Positions 1 to 12,104 are shown, counted from the stretch's first letter. The stretch: 64,000 nucleotides of DNA from an uncultured Gammaproteobacteria bacterium (GCA_964491475.1 CAZBFO010000003.1:253293-317292), one strand, 5' to 3'. The notes: generated from the letters alone by a model not told the origin. Made by a program: numbers and translations.

Positions 1-2
1 AG

Positions 3-1127
3 ATGAGCTACTTCGAGTTCCTGGGGGAGTTCTCCAAGGACCGCTGGACTATCGGCGTATCAGGTACCAACGGTAAAAGCACCACCACCGCGCTGTTGGG
101 GCTGATGTTGGAGCGCGGCGGGCTCGAACCGACGGTCATCGTAGGCTCCAAGGTGCCGACCTTCCCGCACAGGAACCTGCGCATCGGACGCAGCAAGTTC
201 TTCGTGGTTGAGGCCGACGAGTTCAACGCCCACATGCTGCAGCTGTCGCCGCAGATGATCGTGCTGACCAACGTCGAGGAAGACCATCTCGACTTCTACC
301 GCGACCTGGCCCACATCCGCGACACCTTCAAGGAATACGTCGGCAAGCTGCCGCCCGACGGCCAGCTGATCCTGAACGCCGACGACCATATCTGCTTCTA
401 CGAGCTGGCGCCCAAGGTGCCGTTCGTCACCTATGCCATGGACAATCCGGCCGATTACTCGGCGCGGCACGTCGCCGTGGCCACCGGCATGCAGTCGTTC
501 CAGATCGTGCGCACGCGCGGCGGCGCGGAGACTGCCGTGGCTGATTGCGCCATGCGCCTGCCCGGGAGGTTCAACGTGATGAACGCGCTGGCCGCCGCGA
601 CCGCCGCGCTGGAGCTGGGCGTCGCTCCGGACGCCGTCGTCGCCACGCTGCGCGAGTTCACCGGCATCTGGCGCCGCTTCGAGACCGTCGGCGAATGTCG
701 CGGCGCGACGCTGATTTCCGATTACGGTCATCATCCCACTGCCGTCCGCGGCACGCTCGAGGCCGCACGCAGCTTCTTCGGCGGACGCCGCATCGTCCTG
801 GCGTTCCAGCCGCACCATCACAACCGCACCCGCAACCTGTTCGACGAGTTCGTGGCCTCGTTCGACGGCGCCGACGTGCTGGTGCTGCCGGAAGTGTATG
901 ACGTCGCCGGCCGCGAGGAAGGCGGCCGCGTCAGCTCGCGCGACCTGGTCGCCGCAGCCGAGGCGCGCGACGCCGAGCGCGGTATCGACCGCCAGGTGCT
1001 GTTCGGCGGCACCGTTCCCGAAACGCAGAAGCTGCTCGAAGGGCTGATTCGCGACGGCGACGTGGTGCTGCTGATGGGCGCGGGCGACCTGTACACCATC
1101 GCCAAGAAGATGATCGACGGCAGTTAG
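3..1127 (+). CDS. murC: UDP-N-acetylmuramate--L-alanine ligase, 5'-truncated by window edge
   Basis: GTNGKSTTT P-loop, VEADE, DHLD, DYGHHP and FQPH motifs; directly upstream of murB. Confidence 0.93.
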   Translation: MSYFEFLGEFSKDRWTIGVSGTNGKSTTTALLGLMLERGGLEPTVIVGSKVPTFPHRNLRIGRSKFFVVEADEFNAHMLQLSPQMIVLTNVEEDHLDFYRDLAHIRDTFKEYVGKLPPDGQLILNADDHICFYELAPKVPFVTYAMDNPADYSARHVAVATGMQSFQIVRTRGGAETAVADCAMRLPGRFNVMNALAAATAALELGVAPDAVVATLREFTGIWRRFETVGECRGATLISDYGHHPTAVRGTLEAARSFFGGRRIVLAFQPHHHNRTRNLFDEFVASFDGADVLVLPEVYDVAGREEGGRVSSRDLVAAAEARDAERGIDRQVLFGGTVPETQKLLEGLIRDGDVVLLMGAGDLYTIAKKMIDGS

Positions 1128-1136
1128 CCGCACCGT

Positions 1137-2123
1137 ATGTCCCATAGCACTGTCTTGCGCGAGAAGATTTCTCCTGACGTCAAGGAAGGGGAGCCGCTCG
1201 CAAAACACACCACCTTCAAGATCGGCGGCGCAGCCGAGTATTTTTTCGAAGCCAAAAGCGCGGAAGACGCGGTGAAGGCCATCCGCGCGGCGAATGATCT
1301 GGGCATCCCGCTGTTCCTGTTCGGCGGCGGCTCCAACATGCTGGTGGCGGACCAGGGCGTGAAGGGGTTGGTGATAAAGATGGCTAACCGCGACTTCACC
1401 ATCGAGGGCAATGCGATCGTCGCCCAAGCGGGCGCGCCGACCGGTCTGGTGTCGATGCGCGCCGCGGAGGCCGGGCTCACCGGATTCGAGTGGGCGGTCG
1501 GCGTGCCGGGGACCATCGGCGGCGCCGTGCGCGGCAACGCCGGCGCGTACGGCGGCGACATGAACGGCTGCGTCACCTCGGTGGTCGCCTTCAAGGACGG
1601 TCAAGTGGTCGAGATGTCGCACGCCGACTGCGGGTTCAGCTACCGCGACTCCGCCTTCAAGCGCAATCCCGGCTGGTTCGTACTTGCCGCGACCATTGCT
1701 CTCGCGCCGGCGCCGGACGTCGAGGCGGGCAAGGCCAAGCTCAAGAAGATCCTGCTCGATCGCAAGGAGAAGCAGCCGGTGGAGTTCCCCACGGCAGGCT
1801 GCATGTTCACCAACTGGAAACCGGACCGTCCCGAGCAGCTGGCCGAGATGTGGAAGTGGTTCGACCTGGACAAAGGCGAGCAGGTTCCCGTGACGACCGA
1901 AGGCACCGTACCCGCCGGCTGGATCATCGACCGGGCGCAGCTCAAGGGCACCAAGGTCGGTCACGTGCAGGTCTCCGAGAAGCACGGCAACTTCTTCATC
2001 AGCGACGGGCAGGCCAAGGCCGACGACGTGGTGGCGCTGACCGCCGTGCTCAAGACCCGTGTCCGCAACATGACCGACGGCAACGTCTTCCTGCACGAAG
2101 AAGTCGAATACGTCGGTTTCTAG
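1137..2123 (+). CDS. murB: UDP-N-acetylenolpyruvoylglucosamine reductase
   Basis: HTTFKIGG, GGGSNML, PGTIGGAVRGNAGAYG, FSYRDS, AGCMF (Cys at the usual Ser position), SEKHGNF. Confidence 0.95.
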   Translation: MSHSTVLREKISPDVKEGEPLAKHTTFKIGGAAEYFFEAKSAEDAVKAIRAANDLGIPLFLFGGGSNMLVADQGVKGLVIKMANRDFTIEGNAIVAQAGAPTGLVSMRAAEAGLTGFEWAVGVPGTIGGAVRGNAGAYGGDMNGCVTSVVAFKDGQVVEMSHADCGFSYRDSAFKRNPGWFVLAATIALAPAPDVEAGKAKLKKILLDRKEKQPVEFPTAGCMFTNWKPDRPEQLAEMWKWFDLDKGEQVPVTTEGTVPAGWIIDRAQLKGTKVGHVQVSEKHGNFFISDGQAKADDVVALTAVLKTRVRNMTDGNVFLHEEVEYVGF

Positions 2124-2186
2124 CCATATTGAGATTAGCGGCGGCCGCGGGTATACTTGTGGCATTCACCGCCTAACCGCATTTTT

Positions 2187-2540
2187 ATGAAACTCGCCAT
2201 CAAAGCCACCCACCTCACCCTCACCGACGCCATTAAGGCCTACGTCGAACAGAAGGTCGACGGCCTGGACAGCAAGGTCAAGCGCTTCGGCCCGAGCGTC
2301 ACTGCCGAGTGCGAGGTCGGCATGACCACCAAGCACCACAAGAAGGGCCCCATCTTCCGCGCCGAGCTGCACGTGCGCCTGCCGGGCAAGCTGGTCTACG
2401 CAGAGTGCGAGGACCTCAACCTCTACACGGCCATCGGAGAAGTGAAGCGTGAAGCCGAGCGCCAAATCGCCGATTACAAGGGCACGCTGACCGGCAAGAA
2501 CCTCCGCGCTGCCAAGAAGTCCAAGGGTGGACGGGAATAA
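2187..2540 (+). CDS. hpf: Ribosome hibernation factor / RaiA (short HPF)
   Basis: LTDAIKAYVEQK...LYTAIGEVKREAERQI pattern; ATG 2187 follows TATACT at 2152-2157; upstream of secA. Confidence 0.88.
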   Translation: MKLAIKATHLTLTDAIKAYVEQKVDGLDSKVKRFGPSVTAECEVGMTTKHHKKGPIFRAELHVRLPGKLVYAECEDLNLYTAIGEVKREAERQIADYKGTLTGKNLRAAKKSKGGRE

Positions 2541-2607
2541 CTCGCTTGCAAATTCACCGCACGCGGAATAGGTTGCGGGGCTCTTAATTCATGAGGGTCC
2601 CGTACTT

Positions 2608-2972
2608 ATGTATAAAGGCGACGATATTTCCCCAGTTGTTCCAGAGGGGCGCATCGAAGGGAAGATTTACCTCTTGAGGGGTAAAAAGGTCATGGTTGAC
2701 CATGATTTGGCGACGCTTTATGGGGTGGAAACTAAGGCACTGAACCAGGCCGTCAGACGTAACGCAGAACGGTTTCCCGAGGACTTTATGTTTAAATTAA
2801 CGCTAAGCGAAGCCGAGAACTTGAAGTCACAAATTGTGACTTCAAGTTCTGGTCACGGTGGCAGGCGGAAACCGACGCTCGCCTTCACCGAACAGGGCGT
2901 AGCCATGCTCTCTAGCGTTTTGCGGAGCAATCGGGCAATATTGGTGAACATTCAAATCATCCGCACGCACAA

Positions 2973-2976
<4 letters not shown>
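2608..2976 (+). CDS. ORF6N-domain DNA-binding protein, apparently C-terminally truncated
   Basis: [45 protein letters not shown]...[14 protein letters not shown] signature; more AT-rich than flanking genes; stops abruptly at the secA start. Confidence 0.88.
2816..2850. repeat. Perfect inverted repeat with 17-bp arms and a 1-nt centre inside the ORF6N gene
   Basis: agaacttgaagtcacaa-a-ttgtgacttcaagttct. Confidence 0.97.
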
Positions 2977-5768
<2,792 letters not shown>

Positions 5769-5780
5769 ACCGAAAAAGAA

Positions 5781-5808
5781 AAACCGTCTCCGAAACAGGA
5801 GGCGGTTT
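5781..5808. terminator. Probable bidirectional intrinsic terminator
   Basis: aaaccgtctcc-gaaaca-ggaggcggttt hairpin between convergent genes. Confidence 0.65.
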
Positions 5809-5824
5809 GCGTTTGAATGGTCCT

Positions 5825-6073
5825 CTACACGAACACCTTGCACACCTTCATTCCCTCCGGCATGTGCGAACCGCAGCCGTCGACAAGGCGTTTGGCGTTC
5901 ACGGGGCTGGCGGTCCCGACCACGTGTTGCTCGTTGCCGGTCTTTTTGAAGACGTAGGAGCCGTTGCGGTAGCCGCCGTGGCCGGAGTCGTCTCCGTCCA
6001 ACGGGAAGCTGATGAAGTGGTCGCCGACCTCGAGTTCGGCGAAGGTGAGGGGTTTCGATTGCGTCGCGCTCAT
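5825..6073 (-). CDS. Small hypothetical protein (82 aa)
   Basis: GGAGG SD upstream, TTGACA further upstream on the minus strand, coding-like codon use; fills the gap between secA and the Nudix gene. Confidence 0.7.
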   Translation of the reverse strand: MSATQSKPLTFAELEVGDHFISFPLDGDDSGHGGYRNGSYVFKKTGNEQHVVGTASPVNAKRLVDGCGSHMPEGMKVCKVFV

Positions 6074-6155
6074 GAAAGACCTCCGTGTGAGTGGTGAGTA
6101 TCACGCGGCGGTGGTAGTGTCAACGCGTAACGATTGGCTTCTCCTTCCGCCGCAT

Positions 6156-6623
6156 ATGCAAAAACTCCTCCTCACGCTCTGTCTCATCCACCAGGACGAT
6201 CGGGTGCTTTTGGGCATGAAAAAACGCGGGCACGGGATGGGAAAATGGAACGGTTTCGGCGGCAAGGTCGAGGCGGGGGAGGAGATCGAGGCCGCGGCGC
6301 TGCGCGAGTTCCGCGAGGAGGCCGGGGTGGTGCCGACGGACATGCGCAAGCTCGCCGTCATGACCTTCGACAACGTCATGGACGACAAGGTGATGGAGGT
6401 GCACCTGTTCAAGGCGACTCGGTTCACGGGTGAACCGACGGAAAGCGAAGAGATGCTGCCGCGCTGGTTCGGCCTGGACGAGATTCCCTTCGAGCAGATG
6501 TGGCCCGACGACCGCATCTGGTTCCCGCTGATGCTGGCCGACAAGACGTTCACGGCGCGGTTCCAATACGAGGGCGAAACGCGGATCGTAAGTCATGAGA
6601 TACGGGAGGGAGTTACGGCCTAA
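6156..6623 (+). CDS. Nudix hydrolase, MTH1/8-oxo-dGTPase-like
   Basis: LLGMKKRGHGMGKWNGFGGKVEAGEEIEAAALREFREEAG Nudix box; SEEMLPRWF and MWPDD typical of the MTH1 family. Confidence 0.9.
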   Translation: MQKLLLTLCLIHQDDRVLLGMKKRGHGMGKWNGFGGKVEAGEEIEAAALREFREEAGVVPTDMRKLAVMTFDNVMDDKVMEVHLFKATRFTGEPTESEEMLPRWFGLDEIPFEQMWPDDRIWFPLMLADKTFTARFQYEGETRIVSHEIREGVTA

Positions 6624-6668
6624 CGTCCGGCGGTTGCTTATTGGCCGCCGCCGTGCTGAACTGAAGCC

Positions 6669-7454
6669 ATGGCACGAGAGAAACTGACCATCATTTCCCT
6701 GAACGCCTGGGGCGGACGTGCGCTGCATCCGCTGATGCGGTTTTTGCAGCGCCATGCGCCGACGACGGACGTCTTTTGTCTGCAGGAGGTCTTCAACACC
6801 GCCCAGAAGGCGGTAGAGCGGCGGCACCCGGACGAGTACGTCTGCGGCGACCTGTTCAACAAGATTTCGGCGGCGCTGCCGGACTTCTACGGTTCTTTCG
6901 CCCGGCACGAGGACAGCCCGCACCGCATGAGCTTGGCGATGTTCATCAAGGACACCGTCTCGCGCCGGCGCGGACCGAAGGACTTCGTGGTGCACGTGCC
7001 CGAAAAGCAGGTGCTCACGGGCAGCGCGATTCTTTCTTCGCGCCGCCTGCAGTACGCCACCGTCAACTTCGGCGGGGCCGGGCTGCTGATCGCCAACTAC
7101 CACGGCTTGTGGGTCAACGGTCCCAAGACCGACAACCCCGAGCGCATCCTGCAGTCGCAGCGGCTGCGGGCCTTCCTGGACTCCAAGACGCATCCGCAGG
7201 TGCTCTGCGGCGACTTCAACCTGCTGCCGCGCACCAAGTCGGTGGCCATCATCGCCGAGCACATGCGCGACCTGGTGGCGGAATACAAGGTCCGCAGCAC
7301 CAGGACGCCGCTGTATCGGCACTACCGCAATAAGGCGGAACCGAACTACGCCGACTATGTCTTCACCACCAAGGACGTGAAGGTCAACGCGTTCGAGGTC
7401 CTGCCCGACATCGCCTCCGATCACGCCGCGCTCCGCGTCGAGCTCGGTTGGTAG
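6669..7454 (+). CDS. Endonuclease/exonuclease/phosphatase family protein
   Basis: SLN, DVFCLQEV, GDFN, DYVF and ASDH motifs. Confidence 0.9.
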   Translation: MAREKLTIISLNAWGGRALHPLMRFLQRHAPTTDVFCLQEVFNTAQKAVERRHPDEYVCGDLFNKISAALPDFYGSFARHEDSPHRMSLAMFIKDTVSRRRGPKDFVVHVPEKQVLTGSAILSSRRLQYATVNFGGAGLLIANYHGLWVNGPKTDNPERILQSQRLRAFLDSKTHPQVLCGDFNLLPRTKSVAIIAEHMRDLVAEYKVRSTRTPLYRHYRNKAEPNYADYVFTTKDVKVNAFEVLPDIASDHAALRVELGW

Positions 7455-7538
7455 CGCCGCCCGTCATACGACTGGCGGTTTTTCGTATGCGGACCGCGTG
7501 CTATCATTTGCGCATTCATCACTTTTCAGTTCAGCACT

Positions 7539-7946
7539 ATGGACAATCGCATCAGCCTCATCACCCTCGCCGTCAAGGACGTCAAGAAATCAGCCGCATT
7601 CTACCAAAACGTCCTTGGCTTCAAGCCCAGCAAGTACAGCATGCCGGTCATCGCTTTCTTCGGCCTCAAGGGAACGTGGCTCGCCCTGTACGGCGCCAAG
7701 CATTTGGCGCAGGATGCCGGCGTGTCGGCAAAGGGGAGCGGCTTTCGCGGCGTGAGCGTTTCGCACAATCTGCGCAGCGCCAAGGAAGTAGACAAGCTGT
7801 TCGCGCGTCTCAAGAGGCATCGCGTCAAGATCGTGAAGCCGCCGCAGAAGGCGGAGTGGGGAGGGTACTCTGGCTATTTTGCCGACCCTGACGGCCATTT
7901 GTGGGAGCTGGCGCACAATCCTTTTTTCTGGATTGGGCCAAAGTAG
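7539..7946 (+). CDS. VOC/glyoxalase family protein
   Basis: ISLITLAVKD...FY; WGGYSGYFADPDGHLWELAHNP. Confidence 0.92.
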   Translation: MDNRISLITLAVKDVKKSAAFYQNVLGFKPSKYSMPVIAFFGLKGTWLALYGAKHLAQDAGVSAKGSGFRGVSVSHNLRSAKEVDKLFARLKRHRVKIVKPPQKAEWGGYSGYFADPDGHLWELAHNPFFWIGPK

Positions 7947-8015
7947 TCCGCGCCGGCAAGAAAAAAGCCGGGCCATCTTGCCGTTTTCGGCATTTTCGGC
8001 TATATTCGCGGCACC

Positions 8016-8570
8016 ATGCGCATCATCGTAGGAAGCACCAACGAAGTGAAGATCGGTGCCGTCCGCCAGCTGGCGCCCGACTACCCGTGCATCGCCACGG
8101 CGGTCGTCGGCGGCATCGACGTGCCGAGCGGCGTCTCCGATCAGCCAAAGTCTCTGGAAGAAACCATGACGGGCGCGATGAACCGCGCCCGCGGCGCCTG
8201 GGACCGCGGCGGCCTGAAGGTCGATGACGGCGGCGACCTGTCCTTCGGGATCGAATCGGGGCTGTTCAAGGTGCCGTTCACCCGTACGGGCTACATGGAC
8301 GTGTGCGTGTGCGCGATTTTCGACGGCGTTCAGTTCGAGTTCGGCTTTTCGTCGGCATGGGAATCACCGGCCGAGGTCATGAAGTACATGATCGAGGACG
8401 GTCTCGACATGAACCAGGCCTATCACAAGGCAGGGTACACCGACGATCCCAAAATCGGGTCGTCGATCGGGACCATCAGCCTGGTCACCAAAGGCAGGCT
8501 GTCGCGAATGGCATATACTGCCGAGTCGGTCCGCACCGCGCTCATCGGCATCGAGGCAAGGCGGAAGTAG
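8016..8570 (+). CDS. yjjX: Non-canonical inosine/xanthosine triphosphatase (YjjX/DUF84)
   Basis: VGSTNEVK, SGVSDQP, ETMTGAMNRA, GIESG, GTISLVTKGRLSR. Confidence 0.88.
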   Translation: MRIIVGSTNEVKIGAVRQLAPDYPCIATAVVGGIDVPSGVSDQPKSLEETMTGAMNRARGAWDRGGLKVDDGGDLSFGIESGLFKVPFTRTGYMDVCVCAIFDGVQFEFGFSSAWESPAEVMKYMIEDGLDMNQAYHKAGYTDDPKIGSSIGTISLVTKGRLSRMAYTAESVRTALIGIEARRK

Positions 8571-8608
8571 GCTTTCATCCGGCGCATGCCGGATTTTTCT
8601 TTGCCGCG

Positions 8609-8637
8609 TTGACCGGAGCAGGCGCATCGCGTACCTT
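8609..8637 (+). promoter_or_regulatory. Sigma70-like promoter directly after a terminator hairpin
   Basis: TTGACC-17 bp-TACCTT following atccggcgcatgccggat-ttttt. Confidence 0.55.
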
Positions 8638-8670
8638 AGCGGTGGCGTTCTTTTGCCGAGGAGGTCACGC

Positions 8671-9129
8671 ATGGCTCGTGCCGTCATGTTGATGCTGTAC
8701 GCTTTTCCGCTGGTCTTGGCGCTGCTGATGCTGTTCACTGCCGCCGTCAGGTCGTTCCAGGCGCGTCGTCTGCGCCAGCCGCAGGAGTCGGTTCGTCGCG
8801 CACAGATGCTCGAGTATTACCTCAAGCGCCAGCTGCTTTGGAACCGCGTCGGGCAGGAGGTGGAGCGGAAGATCGAGGAGGAGGGGAAGCTTCCGGAAGC
8901 GCCCGTCGCCTACGTGCCCGCGCCCCACGACGAACTGAAGGCGCTGCTTCGCAAGAAGTACGCCCTGCAGCTGCTGATGGCCCGCAAGAAAGCGGAGCAC
9001 GTGACCGAGATGGAAGTCCTTGGTGGCAGCCTGCAGCTGCTCGACAGGGCCCTGCATGGCCGTTCGGACGCGGAGTTCGAAGAGGCCTTCGCCGCAGAAG
9101 GGCTGACCATACCGGAAGAGTATTCCTGA
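8671..9129 (+). CDS. Hypothetical protein with N-terminal TM helix and helical/coiled-coil body
   Basis: GAGGAGG SD, hydrophobic N-terminus, terminator at about 9131-9153. Confidence 0.75.
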   Translation: MARAVMLMLYAFPLVLALLMLFTAAVRSFQARRLRQPQESVRRAQMLEYYLKRQLLWNRVGQEVERKIEEEGKLPEAPVAYVPAPHDELKALLRKKYALQLLMARKKAEHVTEMEVLGGSLQLLDRALHGRSDAEFEEAFAAEGLTIPEEYS

Positions 9130-9196
9130 CACCGCGCTCGGCGCGGTTTTTTTGTCGCCTTCACTCTTTCGGCAAAAGGCCGTATCCTTCAGGCGT

Positions 9197-9742
9197 ATGC
9201 ACGCATCCAAGCCAGCCGAAGCCATTTCCCTTGCGGCCGCCAAGCAGGACAAGCTGTTCTACTTCGTGGCCAACGTCGTCGTCTATCGCGAATCCGACGG
9301 GCGCTGCCTGCTGCTCAAGCGCGCCGAAACCGAAAAGGTGCACCCCGGCATCTACGCGGCCATCGGCGGCAAGCTTGAGTGGAACGACTTGCCGGTGGAG
9401 CGTCCGACCCGCCGCAACGGCGACGTGCTCGACTACGAGAACGCCGTCGAGTATCTGCTGGCCCGCGAAGTGCGGGAGGAAGCAGGCATCAGCATCGACA
9501 AGCAGCTCACCTACATCAACAGCGTCGCCTTCATCCGCCCCGACGGCATCCCCGTGGTGCTGGTGAAGTTCGCCGCGCGTTATGCCGGCGGCGAGGTGCG
9601 GCTCGAGGCCGGCGCCTTCACCGACCACGCCTGGGTGAACGGAGAGGAGGTCGACAGGCTGGAGTGCATCGAAGGCATTCCCGACGAAGTGCGCGCGGCC
9701 ATCGCCGCCTGCGCCAAGCAGCCCGCCGTTTCCCATGCCTAA
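9197..9742 (+). CDS. Nudix hydrolase with an insertion in the Nudix box
   Basis: LLLKRA...GGKLE...AREVREEAGI...DHAWV. Confidence 0.82.
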   Translation: MHASKPAEAISLAAAKQDKLFYFVANVVVYRESDGRCLLLKRAETEKVHPGIYAAIGGKLEWNDLPVERPTRRNGDVLDYENAVEYLLAREVREEAGISIDKQLTYINSVAFIRPDGIPVVLVKFAARYAGGEVRLEAGAFTDHAWVNGEEVDRLECIEGIPDEVRAAIAACAKQPAVSHA

Positions 9743-10080
9743 GCTTCCGCGCATCGCTTTCGTCGACTTGGAGAGGCTCGGTTTCGCGACCGAGCCTCGT
9801 TATTACTTTTACGGCTGGTCCGATTCGCCCCGGGTGCGCGGACGCAAGTCGTTGGCGGAGGCGCTGCTGCGGGCGAAGAAGCATTTGCCGAAAGGGTGCA
9901 ACTTCAAGATTTGGGACTGTCAGCGCGACCGCTACTTCCTCCGCGGCGAGGACGGCGAAATCGCTCCGCCCGATGGACAGGGAAGCCAAAAAGAATCGTC
10001 GGCTGCTCAAGAGAGTGATGCTCAAGGCGGGGTTCTATTCGTACGCCCCGGAATGGTGGCATTTCGGTTTCGAGCGATGA
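9735..10080 (+). pseudogene. D-Ala-D-Ala dipeptidase (VanX/DdpX, M15D) remnant with internal deletion and frameshift
   Basis: N-terminal part ...LAEALLRAKKHLPKGCNFKIWDCQR in one frame; C-terminal part NRRLLKRVMLKAGFYSYAPEWWHF in another; central SxHxxGxAxD segment absent. Confidence 0.78.
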
Positions 10081-10183
10081 ACGCAGTGTCGCTATCCACA
10101 CCCCGTCCACTTCTCAATGACGGGGTGTTTGTTATAGTGGAGGCTCCAAAAATCGCCGCCGATTCACGCTTAGCCTCACGAAC

Positions 10184-10615
10184 ATGCAAGAACTCAAAGA
10201 CGTCTTCGACCGCATCCAGCAGAAGAAGAAAGAGCGCAAGGAACTGACCAAGATGTTCCAGGACGAGCTCAAGCACGACGGCGAGTACCAGAAGATACTG
10301 GAGGACATCAAGACCTTGCGCGACAAGAAGAAGTCCATCGAGAACCAGGCCAGGGCAAACGCGCTGGCGGATGCCGAACAGCTCGACAACCTGGCCGAGG
10401 AGATCAAGGGATCGATCGAGCTGCTCTCGGACGTGGCGCTGTCCAAGCTGATGAACCGCGAGACCGTCGAGATCGTCGACGAGGCCAACGACATCCGCTA
10501 CGCGCCGGTGTTCACCGTGCGCTTCAAGAAGGAAGAAGGGGAGAGCTACCAGCAGAAGGCCGAAGCCGAGCGCGCCGAATCTCACAAGGAGGAGCGCACC
10601 TTCGCCCCGGCATAG
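10184..10615 (+). CDS. Hypothetical charged coiled-coil protein
   Basis: Strong coding bias, K/E-rich helices, terminator at about 10626-10650. Confidence 0.8.
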   Translation: MQELKDVFDRIQQKKKERKELTKMFQDELKHDGEYQKILEDIKTLRDKKKSIENQARANALADAEQLDNLAEEIKGSIELLSDVALSKLMNRETVEIVDEANDIRYAPVFTVRFKKEEGESYQQKAEAERAESHKEERTFAPA

Positions 10616-10714
10616 CAGCAGCGCGCGCCGCCCGGAAGGGCGGCGTTTTGGTTCGTGGACAGAACCGCGGCGAATGGTTACGCTCTGGTCGCGTCCTTTG
10701 AAAGCGAGGAGAGA

Positions 10715-11386
10715 ATGGCGACTGTCATCGTGTTCATCCTGGTGATTGCGGCCATGGGCGGCGCGATCCTGTTCATCGATATCCAACGCTGGTACCGGCT
10801 GCGGCGGCTGGCATCTGCTCGACGCGATGCGCACGAGGCAGACGCGGGCGTTCCTACGGTGACGCACGAGGCCACCGACGTGCTCGAGGCGTACGTCCTC
10901 GACGACAGGAAGGTGCGGTATGCCTGCGGGCATGACTACGCCGTCCTGTTCGGACATGATTTCTACGGGGAGCGGCTGGACGTGTCCGACCAGTATGCGG
11001 CCAAGCGCGAGAAGTGCGGCGACTGCATGCTGGCGGAGATAAGGCCGCTGCTCATCCGCTGCTGTCATTGCGGCCGTGCGATCATGCCCGGCGAGCCGGT
11101 TGCCGCGTACGGCGACAACGGCATGTTCAGGAAGGAGTGGTGCACGGGCCTGCCGGACAGCGACGCGGTGCTCGGCTGCATGCGCTGGAACTGCTGTCCG
11201 AGCGGAGGGTTCTTCGCCGGGCATTGGTCGGTCCGCGGCTTCGTGCCGGCGTTCCCGGGCAAGGCGAACCTGATGGCCGAAGTATTGGCCGTCGGCAAGC
11301 CGGTGGTCGTGAGCGTCGGCGACGGCCGCGCGAAAGTGACGGTCCTCGACGACAAAAAGGGCAAGGACGGCGGCGATGACCGCTAG
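10715..11386 (+). CDS. Membrane-anchored Cys/His-rich hypothetical protein (putative Zn-binding)
   Basis: GAGGAG SD; TM helix; CGH, CGDC, CCHC and CxxWxCC motifs. Confidence 0.78.
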   Translation: MATVIVFILVIAAMGGAILFIDIQRWYRLRRLASARRDAHEADAGVPTVTHEATDVLEAYVLDDRKVRYACGHDYAVLFGHDFYGERLDVSDQYAAKREKCGDCMLAEIRPLLIRCCHCGRAIMPGEPVAAYGDNGMFRKEWCTGLPDSDAVLGCMRWNCCPSGGFFAGHWSVRGFVPAFPGKANLMAEVLAVGKPVVVSVGDGRAKVTVLDDKKGKDGGDDR

Positions 11387-12041
11387 CCCTTTCGTCGCGC
11401 TGCTGTCCGATCTCGACGGCACATTGGTCGAGACGGAACGCGTCCTCTACGCCGCCTGGGTCGAGCTGGGCCGCAGGGCCGGCGTCGACTTCCGCACCAT
11501 GGACTACGCCAAGATCATCGGTCGTCCGGACCTGGATTGCTGCGCCATCGTGGCCGCGCATTTCGGCCTGGCACGCGATCCGGCGGCCTGGTATCAGGAG
11601 TATCGCGTCATTGCCCTCGGCATGATGGACAAGGATCTGGACCTGCGGCCGGGCGTGCATGCCTTCTTGGCGACTGCCGACGCGGCATGTTTGCCCGTCG
11701 CTCTCGTGACTTCCGCCACGACCGAGCATGCCCGCAAGGCGCTCGACAAGTACGGTCTCTTCGGGCGGTTCCGCGCGCACGTCACCGCAGACACGCCGGG
11801 ACTTAAGGCTCGTAAGCCGGACCCGTCGCCTTACCTGCTCGCGGCGGCATTGCTGGGCGTCGATCCCAGGCGGTGCGCGGCTTTCGAAGACTCGCCCGCA
11901 GGGGTGGCTTCGGCGCTAGCTGCCGGCTGTCGCGTCTACGCCATACCGCACGAGCATTCGCCCGCGTCAGGGCTGATGAAGGCACACGTGCTGCTCGGCA
12001 GCATCGATTGGTTCAATCCGAATGACCCGCTGTATCCGTAG
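11376..12041 (+). CDS. HAD-family phosphatase (beta-PGM/CbbY-like)
   Basis: DLDGTLVET, VTS, KPDP and FEDSPAG motifs. Confidence 0.92.
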   Translation: MTASPFVALLSDLDGTLVETERVLYAAWVELGRRAGVDFRTMDYAKIIGRPDLDCCAIVAAHFGLARDPAAWYQEYRVIALGMMDKDLDLRPGVHAFLATADAACLPVALVTSATTEHARKALDKYGLFGRFRAHVTADTPGLKARKPDPSPYLLAAALLGVDPRRCAAFEDSPAGVASALAAGCRVYAIPHEHSPASGLMKAHVLLGSIDWFNPNDPLYP

Positions 12042-12104
12042 CGCTTACGAACTTCCGCCGTGGAAGTTCTTTTTATTCCGGCGGCGGCATCGCGTCTGCC
12101 CTTA

